Source: Octopus bimaculoides
Taxonomy: Eukaryota
NCBI RefSeq assembly: GCF_001194135.2
Contig: NC_068981.1
Location: forward strand, 88,614,174 to 88,678,173
Direction of reading: 5' to 3'
DNA length: 64,000 nt
Shown here: positions 49,039 through 63,379 of the stretch, piece after piece
Position numbering within the stretch: the first letter of the stretch is position 1
Layout of the letters: every line of letters begins with the position of its first letter
Translations under genes and position numbers: made by a program
Notes under the pieces: model-generated
Told to the model about the DNA's origin: nothing
Database searches by the model: none
The model's input: only the letters and a program-made list of their open reading frames with translations

Positions 49039-51889
49039 GTACGAAGGGCTTCTTTCAGTTTCTGTCTACCAAATCCACTCACAAGGCTTAGGTCGGCTCT
49101 TGGCTATAGTAAAATCCACACCTTTTAAGCTAAAATGAGATAAGAAAAATACTCGAAGAGGCCAAGTGTGTGTGTGCTCAAGAGCGTATGTATGGTAAAA
49201 GACTGTAACCGGAAATGAAAGTATATCCAAATGCTTAATTTGTATTCAATTTTCATTGTTGAAGTCTATCTTAGCTCCTTAGAAGACATCCTTCTATCAT
49301 TTGTTAATTCTATGACAAGTTTCAGATAAGCGACGTGTAAAATAATAAAAAGCAGAAATAATTTTGTTTGCCTCGGTGAATAAAGTATAAATTGTATTTT
49401 ATTGCGTGAATAATGAATAATTGATAATCAAACTAATTGGTTAATTTGATGATTCACTTGATGAGAAAAGTCGATCTTCATTACAAAATATCTTCTGGAT
49501 TAAGCTATGATGTGGTGCAGTGATCAAATAAAGGTATTTTTTAACATAATCAGTGAGTAAAATTACTGTTCGTTTCTAGAGTGAAATCTTGCCAAATTGG
49601 CCGTTAATGAAATTTACTAATCTTTTGTCGGACCAACGAAAGAGCTTCTACTGAGTTGTGCGATCAACTAGAAAGAAAAACCTCTTTCTATATATTTAAA
49701 TTGATTAAATAGTCTTAGCTACCTCCTGAAAATGCAAAATTGTCACACCTCTGCTGAATTTGGCTTGACCTTAACTAAGCAACAATTAATGCCAATTAAT
49801 ATTTTAAATTCTGAATTAGAATGCTCCTGTAAGAAACTTACATGTTTCTACGACTCATTATATCAGCTTTAACATATTTCGAAGTTCAGTTATGTATCTC
49901 ATATCTTATGCTCTCCCTCCTGTACAATAACGATTTGCATGTTCTTACATTAAATTATACGTCCAAGCAGAGAATTTCATTCTTTACTGATTCTGACTAT
50001 TTAGCACGTAATATCATATACGCTCAAGACAGACATCTTTCCCCAAACATACATGACGTCTGTGCATAACGACCTAAAACATATCCAACAATTTTAACAC
50101 GATCTCGTTCAACTGCACCAAGATGTCATCACCAAGTATCAAAAAATACACAATTGTACACACTTCTTCATCATGAACAACACTGCTAAAATCGCCTTAT
50201 TCTTTATAAATGATATGAATTTCACTCTCTGGTGGCTTTCCATTGCAACTCCACCCATAACATATGAAACTTTACATTATAAAACACGGTTTTCATGTAA
50301 GAGCTAGGAAATAATTGATCACTGAACAGTTTCTGAAGCTTTGTAACGTACAAGTTCATTCCCAGAATTCCTAGAAAGGTGCTTCAACTGTATACATAAG
50401 TATTCGTGACGAGAGCTAAAAACAGGTTGATAGGCATTTCTTACAAAAATACACTGTAATTACTAATCAAACTATTCGCCATGTGTTTCTTTAATTTCCG
50501 GTTTGCACACTACGACAGCTCTTGTTCTTATGGACAAGCAAATATTTTACGGTGTATCTGCCAATTTTGCTAGATGCAATTTCATTTAAGCATTTATTCA
50601 AGATACTAATCTAATAATTTTCTTCACTCATTCTACAATAGGACTGTATCTCACTTGAAATCTTCCTCATCTATTTCTCGGTAAGAACAATCCTGTAGAA
50701 ATGCAGATTGAACACCAGCCACATATCAGCCTCCTGTGTTTTCTCTATACCCAAATCTGTGAGTATTTTGCCGTTACTTCAAACCTAGTGAAATACTGTA
50801 GTTAAATTTTAACCTGGTGAATAAAAGAATCGATTAGATATACGACCAGGTGGGTAGATTGGTTGGTTATAATGATATTCCGTGTTAACATGAAACTAAA
50901 AGCTTCTACAGGTGTTTTTGGTTATATAAAGTAGCTACAATATTTATAGTGAACTAATGTATAGCCTGGAGATGACTCTTTATGTAAACGAAGATGCATT
51001 TTGCGAGGTTGTTTATTCAGTGATGGTAATATAATAGTTATAAAAATCAATTGTAAAGGCTTCGAGATATAACATGATATTATTAATAGCTGTAGTTTCA
51101 AGAAAAGCATAATTCAGTATTGTATTTATCTTACACAAACTATTAATAAATAAAAATTATTTCGTTTTCATTTGTTATTCTCCACATTAATATTTTACTG
51201 CAATTTTATTCTTATATTTTACTTTTTATTTAAATATTCAAGAAACACATCTTATGCGTTAATAAGATTAAATTTATACATAATATATTTCAGTTTTCAC
51301 TCCATTTCAGCTTTCATTCCATTTTTTTCTTCTTTTTTCTGCTTGCATTAAGCAGCTCTAACATGAAGTAGGTTTGTGTCTTCGTAGATGAAGGCTTCAT
51401 TGAGAAGATGAAAGTGAGAATGAACAAGAGCACTAACACTCTGAAAATAAAAACCAAAATGTAATTAGCCTAGTTTTGAATTTATCTAAAGCAAATACAT
51501 AAATCAAAAATGCATTTACATTCGACATTATACATGATTTTTTTTTGGAGGAATACTTTTTAAACTCTTTAATTGAATAGTCCAAATTATATATTTTCAA
51601 TTTATCTCACATCAATTTATCTTATAACTGCCAAAATCCGTTTGTTTCCCATTATATGTAATCAAACTTCAGGAGTCGCCTGAAAGATAGCAAGGGGTGA
51701 AATTTGAGTGGTAACTAAATACTCAATTTAAATGTCTGTCTGTTTGTGTCTGTATGTGTGTCTGTATGTGTGTCTGTATGTGTGTGTGTACGTATGTATA
51801 TATGTATAAAATTATATTTTATACTGTATATTACATACACACACATATCTATGTATATGTTTATAATACGCACACATACATACATATAT

Positions 51890-51964
<75 letters not shown>

Positions 51965-52485
51965 ATCTGATGATTACTATGAACGTATGAAAGCGTTAAT
52001 TGAACTTTATGAAGATTACAAAATATTTTTTAATGTTTAACACACTTCAACATTGTAAAAAAGTTTCTATCATTTTTTAAATACCATTATAAAAAACGTG
52101 AAAACTAGACCATGTTTTTACTTTATTGACCTGATATATATATATATGTATGTATGTATACAGCTTGTAATTAAAGACACTTCATTTACTATACGTAAGC
52201 TAGAGGTGCAGTTATTTCAGCACCTCCGACAATATTGCTTCCTCTTCGGACGTAGAACACCGGTTTCCTTTTCTGGAAATGATCGGGTTATTTTGGCCAA
52301 CAGTATAGCATGTTCATCCCTCCTCGTTATCCAGAGTATTACCAAACTATACCGCTCAGCAACTATTTCGTTTTTCAATACGCTACAGTATTTTTGTTCA
52401 TTGTTTTTATTTCTTTGATTTGTTTCTTTACAGAGTTTTGGTTCCTCTTTCACATCCCTGTGTCATACTCATGAGAAGATATACT

Positions 52486-52813
52486 CTCCTTCCTTCTCCA
52501 GTTGATAAATAACTGATGTGTTAGTCTTTCTAAATGTAATGTCAGCTGAACCCGCCAGGACTAGGCAACCGTATCTAGATTATTGAGCCAATGAGGGGGA
52601 CTCTTACGATATCGTATGACATTGCTGGAAATTGGAGCCAAATTTCACTTAAACCAAAAACCTACTTTCTTTGCGAAAATATTTTCTCGTTCCTGCTCCA
52701 GTTGATAATTCTCTGCTCTGTTAGTCTTTCTAAGTTTAATGTCAGCTAGGCTGGCCAGGGATAAATAACAACAACGCTTCGGTTATCGAGCCAACGAGAG
52801 ACTCTTACGATAT
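52486..52813. repeat. Diverged tandem duplication, about 127-bp unit at 200-bp spacing
   Basis: Shared CTCCAGTTGATAA..GTTAGTCTTTCTAA..TAATGTCAGCT..GAGCCAA..GACTCTTACGATAT. Confidence 0.85.
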
Positions 52814-53038
52814 TTGTACATACACACACTTACACACTTACACACACACACACACACACGCGCGCGCGCACGCGCACGCACATATACATATAAATCCATA
52901 TAAATATACGTGTATATATAAACATATATACAAGCATTCTCACACACATATATATTTACATATGCTTATAAATCTTTACATCTTTCTAGCGCTCAAGCTT
53001 TCTTTCTCTCTGTCTACCTCTTAATCTCACTCTCTCTT

Positions 53039-53109
<71 letters not shown>

Positions 53110-54859
53110 AATTCTAGCTGTATCATATAATACATATAAAAGCCCGGTATTATGACAAGATAGTCACAATAATGCTATGTAAATATTTGTGCATTTCAGT
53201 ACACTGGAGAATAGCAAAAGTAGATATTCATATCTGATTAAAATTGCCCTAGGCGTTAATTAATGTTGCGTACATCTAGTTCTTATCAGTGAAGATGAAA
53301 AGAAGAATAACTACACACGTCTAGTTTTGATTGCTAATTTCACCTGCTTTGGCACATTCATCTCATCGAGCGAATAAGCGAGGAAGTGTCTACATAGTGG
53401 TGAGGTAAATATTCTCAAGTCACAAACTAAAATGAAAAGAGATAAAAAAAAATTTGGTTTGCTCGATCATGGCTAATATTGGACTTAATGAGCACAACGT
53501 AAATTCTTTTCATCTATCTTTCTTCAATCGTTAGGGAAAATATCTCATTTAATTATCGAGTTCAAAACAATTTTGATAAACTTTCTAAAAATAAACAATC
53601 ACATCATCAAGATCTCTAAGCTATGAGATAGTACATGATCAGTTCAAGACAATGTGAATAAATAGGCATTGCATTTGATAGATTAATCTGAATGCTAAAA
53701 GGTTTTAAGAATATCTATTGCTCTTACACTAAAAATAATCAACTGCTGGAGCCGATTATGAACGGATACTCCATGAATTACTTTGAATCTTTTTCATTTT
53801 CAGGACCCAGACCACAAAATCAGTAAAATTGTTAAGTTTATGATGATAATCGTCTATAAACATATTTAATTTATTTTTCATTTCTATGGAAAAAAAAAAC
53901 TGACCCCAGCCAAAAATTTGAATTTCTGCCAGTTTGTAAACGCCGAATTTTTTCGAACCCCACTATACATTTCCATCGCAGCTTTTGTTTGACATGTCAT
54001 TCCCCCGAAGTTTCTTTCGCTTAAGAAAAATGCATTTAAATTATGACAATCAACTATTTTCATTTGAAAATTTCATATTTCTCCATTTACTAGCGAGAAG
54101 CAATTGATTGTAACGGAAACAGTTTCCAACTAACCGATATTTCTTGAATCCACCTGAAACCAGTCTACAATAAAGATTCCGTTCCATTTTTTAAATTTTT
54201 CATAAACTTTCCAGTATGAATGGGGGTTGTCTCTAAATTTGAAGTTCTAGGGATTCTGAAAAACTCATTACAAGTCAATTTCCTATTTCTATGCACATTG
54301 AATTTAACTCCTATTCAGGTAGGATACTTCTCGTCCTACACACATGAAGCTATGGCTTGTGATATGAATTGATCACACAAGCCACTTAACAATCGAGAAA
54401 CTATTTCTTAATTATATAGTAATTATGACCTAAAGTATAATAATAATTATTTTATATTAAATATATTTGTTTTATTTTTACTACACGGGAGGACATTTTG
54501 TAGGAAAAGTTGTAGATTGTTGAATGTATGTGCCTAGATAACCGATACCTATTCTACTGGTTCTCCAGCAATGAAAGGCAAGATATATTCACTTGTGACT
54601 TGAATATATAACGTTTGGGAGATAACATTAAATACTGAATGATGTCTAAATATTTGTTGTTGTTGTTCTTTAGCCCCTCTCTATACCAGCTCTGATGAAG
54701 GAGACCAATGATCAAAAGCTTTTTCAGCAGTGACAGTTTCATAATTTTATTTATTCAGAACATTATTCAATGCGTCATATTCATTTTCTTTCAAGACAGC
54801 AGGGAATGATTTAAGGGAGATTTGGCTGTTTATTCTGGCAGATCGACGACCTTTTAGAG

Positions 54860-55054
54860 CAATGGTTCTCAACCTTTTTAATATCCGGGCCAGATTGAAA
54901 ATCTAGATTTCTTAGGAGGCCGCACCAAAAAAAAGGCTAAACACAAGTTGGTTAAAGAAAAGAATTATATTTATTGAGTGAAGATCGTCGAGAGTCGCTG
55001 AAAGGATGCTTTGGGGCCGAACGCGGCCCTCAGAGCCGCGATTGAGAACCGGTG
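54860..55054. mobile_element. hAT (Charlie-like) MITE
   Basis: TIRs CAATGGTTCTCAA / TTGAGAACCGGTG; 8-bp TSD TTTTAGAG / CTTTAGAG. Confidence 0.85.
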
Positions 55055-55727
55055 CTTTAGAGGCTTGCTTTATTCACTCTTACGGAGTTTACTCTAGTGT
55101 TGTACCATTTCAGCCAACATAGACTTCTTGTAAGCAGAAATGCATTGTTAACAAGAATGTTTATAAACACAGAGTCAACATAAGACGGAATATTCACAAT
55201 GCCTGTGGTAAAAAAATAAAAAAATAAAAGGTAGTCACCTCTTATGGTTAGTTACTTGAAAATAGCTGCTGTTTCATGTTTTTGAAAAGGTCAATAAAAC
55301 TCTGCTAAACTCATTTCATGAATGTTCTACAGTTATTTCAGTGTAAATACCAGCATTTCATGACAAAAATTGATTTTTTGAACTTCATCAGCAAACATTT
55401 CAAAGAAAACTGTCTTTAAAGCAGTTAGAGAACTTACTAAAACATTGAATAGAAATATTTCTTGGCTTGTGGCACAATACGAAAATAGCAGAGTTTGACA
55501 TAGGTGAGTATGGATAAACTTTAACTACAAAGGTCACATAGATTTTAACGTGGATATTCACTTGTCACATACATTGATATTGACATTTGACATAAACAAC
55601 TACAGATAAACTTCAACGTATATATAAACTCTATATTCATTGGTAGCTTACTTTTTAGAATGGGTAGGCGATCATTTGCAGTATTCATGTTTCATAATCA
55701 TGTTATGTATCAATACCTAAATCTCCC

Positions 55728-55770
<43 letters not shown>

Positions 55771-56329
55771 ATGCATGTATACATATCTATCTATCTATAC
55801 ACACATATATATATATATGTATGTCTGTGTGTTTGTGTGTGTATGTGTGTGTGTGTGTACGTGTGTATATGTCTGTGTTTGCGGATCTGAATATATGTAT
55901 ATTTGTATGTATAGTGTGAGACATGAAAAGACAGAAAATCGCTAAACAAATAGCTTTGTTTCAAGTATGTCATTTCTTTCTTTCTCCCTCTCCCTCCGTT
56001 CTTTTTCTCTTTCCTGAGAGTCTTACGCATGAAAATTCCTACACACAGCCAATTTTATACTCATAAATATTGATGGCATTTGATGGGAAAACTGGATTTT
56101 TTATTTTACTTAGTTTTCCAGGCATGTGTTCTCTGTGGTTAAGAAGTTTGTGTCCCAACCACTTGGTTCAAGGTTCGATGCCACTGCGCGCCAAATTACA
56201 GTATTTTCTTTTGTGTATAATTCGAATTTCATATCTTGCATAAAAATATTGGTACAAAACTCTTATAACAAAAATCATCTTGGAAGATGAGACTACGATG
56301 CCCACAGAGCTTTTCAAATTATATTACAC

Positions 56330-57400
56330 ACCTTCTGTTATTAGTAAAGTTTAACCATAAACCGAGTCTCTTTTTTGGGGCACATCTGTTAACGAAATAA
56401 ATTATAGTTATACATATGGGACCCTCTCAAGTCTTCGGAAGACCACTCTGCAATTTCTTGCTGAATAACCTGTACGTATGATATATTTATAGTAATCAAA
56501 TGTTTGTGCTGTATATTAGCGCACGCCCTCCATGAAATCGATATTCGTTATAGGTTCACGGTATTTGTGTGAATGGCACAAATACCACGGGAAAATATAC
56601 GTTTTCAATTTCTGTGTCTTCGCATAAACAGTCGTCTTTTGTTTAACGGTAAGTGTATGATTTCCAGGATGATAACAAATAGTAGTTTCTTTCATATTAT
56701 CAACCAATCTAAGCTGGAAATCAAGCTACATTCTATATTTCAAAATAGAAGTATGAAGCGAAATTATCTTCGCTTTCACGTGGTAGCTTCCTGTACATTT
56801 TGGCTTTCAGTTGTAACCTAAGCCCATTTCTCAATATCAAGCGATCCAATGGAAGTTTAAATGAGAGATTAGGTGATATACTGGTAGCCTTCGATCTTAT
56901 CTGTAGCAGAGTTACAATGTAAACACTACTGTTCTGATCTAACATTTCTTTCCTCATCTCTGGGTATATAGAGACTGTTTTTCTGTACGTATCTTTTTTG
57001 TCTTTCGCACAAACAATAAAAATTCTTTTTGCATTTTTCAGTCTCTTACAGCTTTCTCTGATACAGAAAACCCCCTCGTAAAATTCCACGGCATTAAGTT
57101 TGGAAGTAGTAATATCTGATGAATGCTTAACCTTTACATCAGCAAAAACCATTGCGATAATATTCGATAGGGTGCAGAATTTTAACATTTTTATACTTAT
57201 TCCATTAATAAGATGATAGCCTGACAAACAAGTCCTAACAAAACATTTTTCGTTTCTTTCTTGACCTTCACTTCCTCCGTGTTTTCTTGATTCTCTACAT
57301 CTGTTTGCTTCAAACTTTGCTGTAAAACTCTCTCACCACCATTTATTACAAACAATTGTTCAAATCATCACCATCTAATCTCCACCCATCATTGTATTAT
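56330..57400 (-). mobile_element. POGK-like pogo transposase remnant
   Basis: RESFTAKF (Brinker-like DBD start); LQIRSKA..FK..LRNGLRL..YRKLPRESEDNF (CENP-B HTH); DNMKETTI..HPGNHTLTVKQKTTV (DDE start, cf. NMDETP..PxNxTV). Confidence 0.7.
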
Positions 57401-57791
57401 TCTAATCTTTGACCTGTCTTGTGTGTTTAAAGAGCAGACATTCTTTTTAAATTCCCGTCACTTACTACAGTTTCTATCAATTTTCTTTGCTTAAGTTATC
57501 AATTACACTTCATTGAATCAATTTGGCCTCTGAACTCTTCTCTGAAATGATTACAGTTCACAATCTCAAAATACTAGACATAGAATAATTTATAAATTTA
57601 ACAAAAAGAAGTACAACAATTTATTCAAAATGGCTGAGTACATACGAACTATTATGCATTAACAATAGCGATTGATAGAGATAACGATGAAATTTCATGC
57701 ACAAAATTTCTTAACCGCGTATATAAGTCATACCCTTTTATTGTGTCGTTGAAGTTGAAGAAATGCGACTTGAACGCGTATAAATACAGAT

Positions 57792-58685
57792 TACGAGGTG
57801 CATTCCAGAAGTTTTGAAACTTTGTTTTAGGAGAGGTAGTTATAACTCCTGGATTATTGCAATTTTAGTATACCATTACTATACACCTAACACCGGACCT
57901 GCCGACTTTTCTTCCAACATGAAGGGGACGGCTTTAACAGGACTTCGAACACACCCTGTTAAACTCTGCATGTCACGGCCGATTAGTTTGCGGAATGCGG
58001 TCGGACCGTGAAGACAATTTGGAAGCTTGTTATGCAATAAAATTTTGTGTTAAACTGGGCAAAAATGCTACAGAAACTTGTAAAATGCTCCAGACTGCTT
58101 ATGAATTAACTTTGTTGTTGGCTGAAGAGGTTCAAGGACGGTAAAGAGGAGGTGAGAGACGATGAGAGGTGTGGAGGGGAGAGGGACATCAGAACATCAG
58201 AGCTTGTATTGTAGAGAAAATTCGCAATCTTCTGGATGAAGACCGTCGTGTGTCTATAAATTGCAAAGTTTGTTCTTAGAGTGCTCAGTGACGAACAGAT
58301 GGAAAGATGAGATGGCGACCGCAGGGATATGGTTTAGATCATTATCTCCTCCAGTCCAAGTATACTTGTGTCTCTGGTGACCTGTGACAAAAACTGGATC
58401 TACTATTATGATCCAGAGACTAAGTGACAGAGTGCCCAATAAAAGCAGCCTGGCACTTCCAGACCCAATAAGGTCAAGCACCGGGCAGCTTATGATGATC
58501 CCATTTACCGACAACAAGGGCATCATCTACAGCCACTGGGCTTATTCTGGCCAGATAGTCAACGATGAGTACTTTGTGGAGGTTTTGAGGGCGTTCAAGA
58601 AGAGATTTTATCGCATAAGCTAGAGTTCTTCCACTCGGGTCGGTAGTACCTGCATCGACAATGTCCCTGTCCACAATTCCTGTTT
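57792..58685 (+). mobile_element. Second mariner transposon, 3'-truncated and decayed
   Basis: TA-CGAGGTGCATTCC left end; FCVKLGKNATET; KRFKDG..VRDDER; VTCDKNWIYYYDPETK; DNKGIIY..GQIVNDEYFVEVL. Confidence 0.9.
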
Positions 58686-59044
58686 GGTAAGTTTGAAAGC
58701 AGTAATATCGGATTCAAATATGTTTATTACACTAGCGCTACTTCTGTCTCATATTTGATACAGAATTACCCGGACATGCACACACATTGTTTACACGCTC
58801 TATGCATATAAGTCGTGGACTGGCAAAATGATTCGTCTCCGATCCTGTTCGGGTACGAGGTGGCGAAACATAGATGCAAGTAATGGCGAAACATCGGTGT
58901 CCATTACTCCTAGATGCAATAAGAGGTGAGTTACCTCGCTTGTCTGTGACTTTCAGGTGTTTTAACATCCGGCGCTTTGAGATAGTATTCTCCACGACGC
59001 CATTTCGCAGCTTACCGACAGATACACATTGCTTATGTTTCTCC

Positions 59045-59108
<64 letters not shown>

Positions 59109-59394
59109 TTATCTATCCATCTATCTATCTATCCCCATCTCTGTCTTTCTGTCTGCCCGCCCGCCTGCCTGTCTGTCTGTGTGCCTGTCTGTCTGTGTGC
59201 CTGTCTGTCTGTGTGCCTGTCTGTCTGTGTGCCTGTCTGTCTGTATGCCGGTCTGTCTGTGTGCCGGTCTGTCTGTGTGCCGGTCTGTCTGTGTGCCGGT
59301 CTGTCTGTGCCCGTTTGTCTGTGTGCCCGTCTGTCTGTGTGACCGTCTGTCTGTGTGCCTGTCTGTCTGTGTGCCTGTCTGTCTGTGTGCCTGT
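59045..59394. repeat. (CTAT)n followed by a 12-mer minisatellite (CTGTCTGTGTGC)n
   Basis: Direct reading up to the gap. Confidence 0.95.
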
Positions 59395-59619
59395 NNNNNN
59401 NNNNNNNNNNNNNNNNNNNNNNNNNNNNNNNNNNNNNNNNNNNNNNNNNNNNNNNNNNNNNNNNNNNNNNNNNNNNNNNNNNNNNNNNNNNNNNGTATTT
59501 TGTCCCCTCTATGTTGAGCCCTGTGTGGCTAATAAAGAAACCTACCTATCTCTCTATCTATACTGGCAACTTCCACTGGCATAAACGTAAACATCGAGAA
59601 AAAAGACAAAAACCAGTAT

Positions 59620-59920
59620 AATACTTTCGATTAGACCTAACCTGTATGGCATTTCTTTCGCCCGAGTTACAGAAGCGCTTCTGTGTCACTTTCATATCCA
59701 AAAAATGCAGTGAACCAGTGATTGGATATTTGGAAACCTGCAACCAATGACGCAATTGATCACCAAACACAATATAATATAAACTAAATAAGTAAATAAA
59801 AGGAATAGCCAACAACGAAGCGGCATTTCTAAATTTTATTATAACGGATGAATCACATAACCTATTATGAATTTCATAACCTATTGAGTTCTTGGGATTC
59901 AATTTAATACTTCACCTTCA
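59620..59920 (-). mobile_element. Possible Penelope-like RT C-terminal remnant
   Basis: GSLHFLDMKV..RKYYTG resembles the PLE LPFLDV..VYRKPTxTG motif; weak. Confidence 0.3.
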
Positions 59921-60232
59921 TGTAGCGTGTGTAGGAAGGCAAGTCAGCTATATGTACAGAAGTTAACATTCAGCTTTGCAAATCAATTTTATAATAATGC
60001 AGTTGCTATTGTTGTTGTTTACGTCCTAGCTCAGCCATGATCAAGTACACTTCCTGTCGTGAGCATTACACATATAGACCACACTAATAGCAATGATATC
60101 CCTGCATAGACAATTTGTAGAGTATATGACATCAGTGGTCACTATAACAGTCAAATCGTCTATGACACTGCTTCTCTCCGGTAGTGTATCTCTGTATTAT
60201 CGTACGGGCAGCCTTCTCCTGAGTCGTTTTCG

Positions 60233-62975
60233 GTGACTGGATTGGAACAGGAAACACTGGCCAAAAATAATATTGTGTTGTTTAGACTGCCCAACAGTAC
60301 TGGAACAACAACAACGACAACAACAATAACAACAACAACAACATCATCAACAACAACAAGAACAAGAAAAGACCAACAGCAAACATGCACTGTCACCCAC
60401 ACCACCACCATCAGCACAACTACAGCAGCAACATCAGATGAAACAACTCCAACCAACCAGCAACTTAACTAGCCCAACCAATCAACATCACTATCAGCGG
60501 ATCCTACATCACCAACAGCAGAAGCAACACCATCACAACCACCACCACCACCAACAACAGCTACAGAAGTACCAAAACCAGAAAAGAAAAAAAGACCACC
60601 CCCTCATCCTCAAAAGCCCATACATCACATCTCAACAGCTACCGACCAACTCTAGCAACAGCAACAACATCATCATCAACACACTCTCAAATCTACCCCA
60701 ATACCATTCCCTTCCTATTTTCTGATTCCTCTGACATATCGTCTGATGAAAGCGATATGGAAGAATGGCAAATAGTCACAGGTGGGGTGGGGAGAGAAAG
60801 GGGTAAAAAAGAACAACCATACAATCAAACAAGGCAGGGAGATACACAACTGCCGACAACAAAATTCTCACACGTAACAACAACACCAGCACCAACACTA
60901 CAAACACACAAACACCAACAATGCTAATCGCCATCAACACAAACAATTTGGACCTGATGCAACAAGAGTATCTCTTAAATGACATCAAATAACAAAATGT
61001 AGATAGCATAGCCATCAGCGTGACCAGAATCAACGGGCCCTCAGCCCCAAGTTTGGCGGACAATATGACAGTAATTTTTCTCCGTGTCTGCCGAGAATGG
61101 GCGGTGGTGGTACCGCGGTGCTTTTTCGAGAGAGTCTGGATCTCAAAGTAAGGGCAATTTACCTAGACCCGGAGTATAGGCTGGTCGTCTTGGATGTCGA
61201 TAGCAGTAATGGGTGTGCTTTTCGACTGGTGGCAGAGTACGAACCGTCCTTATCAGGTCGGTCGGATTTCTTTCGACGTCTAGAGATTTTCCTGGGTACG
61301 TCTCGATTTTTATATTTAGTGGGGGACTGGATCGCTATATTGGACACGGGTCTAGACTATGTGGGTATAGATAAGAAGAGAAAGGGATGCAAATGCCTTA
61401 GAGGCCACAGACGTTTGCAGCTGTCTGACAGGTACCGACTGGACTACCCGAATGTGCCAATGTGGACATGGACCAACTGCATCGGATCGTTCAGATCGTA
61501 TTTAGATAGAGTGTTATGTAGGACAGTGGATAGCGATAGTGTAAGTGGTCCACAATTTCACACAGCTACACAGATCACAAATTCGTGACATGTACGCTCG
61601 AATTTGATAAGAACTATAGGCAGGGCCCCGGATACTGGAAACAGAACGCATCGCTCCTGGCGCGACAGGCTTATAGAGACCGGATTAGCATGTTAATTAG
61701 GTGGGCGTTGACGGAAGCCATCGTCAACAACCACTGGTAGTTTGCCCTAAAGAAGGCAATTAGAGCAGAGTCGATTAGGTATAGCAAAACTTTAGCGATA
61801 GATCGAAATAGAGTAGAGGGAGACCTAGTTAAGAAATTAGAAGAGGCACTTAGAAGTGGCAGCACGACCAACGTGCTGGTAGCGAGGTTGGTTCTTGACC
61901 AACACTTCAACGCCAAACGCGAAGGTTGCATTGTCAGAGCTAGGATGCGTGCCCTAAGAAGCGAGGGAATTGAAGCCGCACGAGAGGCCCGAGTGGCAGA
62001 GGCGCATCATGGCAACAAATTCACCATTCGGTCTCTGATAGATCAACAGGGGTACGATTTATTCGAGATTGAGGCCTTTCAGCAGCACTTTGCCCGACTG
62101 TTTGGGATAAGTGATGGGTCGGAACGCAGGATATACTTTAGTACCTACCTGCACGGCCTACCAGGACTCTCGGTAAGAGATGCAGAGTGGTGTGAAGGTC
62201 CCATCACAGCCGCTGATGTACGGAATGCGATGGCAGGCTGCGCGAGAGACACGTCGCCAGGCTTGGAGGTCTGCCCTACGAGCTTTATTGTAATATGCCA
62301 GACTTGTTTGGGGATCTCTTGGCAACAGTCTACTGCAACTGGCAGCTAAATGGGAGCATCCCCATTTTGTGAGCCGAGGAGTGGTGACACTGCTAAAGAA
62401 AAACCCAAACAAGGAGAACATTATAGATAATTTCCGGCCCATCACTCTGCTCAATGCAGATTTGAAAATTTTGGCCAAAGTGCTAGCCGAGAAGTTGGTG
62501 CTTGTCATCGAGAAACTGGTCGATATGGTGTAAACATGCGACGTGCCGGGCAGAACTGTCCATGACATCCCTCACCCCATGCGCTAAAAAATGGACAGGG
62601 TAGTTAAGGAACTTGGCATGGGTGGAGCGCTGATCAATTTGAATCAATTAAAAGCCTTTGATAGGATCAACCATCGATACTTGGCGGCTGTCCTCAAGAC
62701 AGTTGGCTTTGGTCCTGTCTTCCGCGGTTAGATCGCTGCTTTATACGTCGGCATCTACTCGGTAGTTCGAGTGAATGGTCATCTGTCAAAACCCTTCGAC
62801 ACCACGCGGTCGGTCCGTCAGGGATGTTCCCTCTCGTCACTTCTGCATGTATTGACACTTGAGCCACTACTGCGGAAGCTGGCGACGCTGAGGGGCATCC
62901 CGCGAGAACTGGGATGTGGAATGAGCATGTCTGCATACACGGACGATGTTACCGTCACAGTGTTAAGCCTCAAGC
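60233..62975 (+). mobile_element. Tx1/L1-type LINE: ORF1 C-terminus, APE endonuclease and RT, 3'-truncated and pseudogenised
   Basis: EN: GGTAVLF, LVVLDV, GDWIAILD, WTW..SYLDRVL; linker GPGYWKQNASLL; RT: NFRPITLLNADLKILAKVLA, KAFDRINHRYL, SVRQGCSLS, AYTDDVTV. Confidence 0.95.
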
Positions 62976-63379
62976 AGACACTAAGTTCCCTAACAATTTA
63001 AGTGTATCCACCACTGCCAGTGTTATAAATATCAAATTCCAAATATGGACAAATAAATTTTGGAAAAACATCTATTCTTTATTGATTTTGAACCAGAGAT
63101 TTGCTATAATGACTTTCAGCTTTCTAAATTTATAGGTTACAATGATGATAGATGTAGTTGTATTGAATAAAAGCGTGGAGTATTTCCTGAGGAAATAGAA
63201 TTATGAATGATTTAAGGAATAAATAAATGAACGTATGAATGAATGAATATTTGAGTCTTAGTTCAATGAAGACCACGAAGCCTGTCATGTCTCAAAGTAA
63301 ATAAAGCCATGGCAATATATTATACACAATGGATTTATTCGCAGAGACCCCGTGTGGTAGACAAATCTACACAGAATTC

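Noticed and set aside
54690-54730. CTGATGA motif (also CTGAAGA on the minus strand near 38690)
   Set aside because: GAAA core missing or altered, and stems do not form.
1308-59584. Many long track ORFs (poly-HT, CV, YI, LSIY, poly-K/F/L, X-runs), including 58874-59584
   Set aside because: They are translations of microsatellites or N-gaps.
60233-60725. Host mucin gene
   Set aside because: The frame runs directly into a LINE endonuclease-RT ORF, so it is better explained as ORF1.
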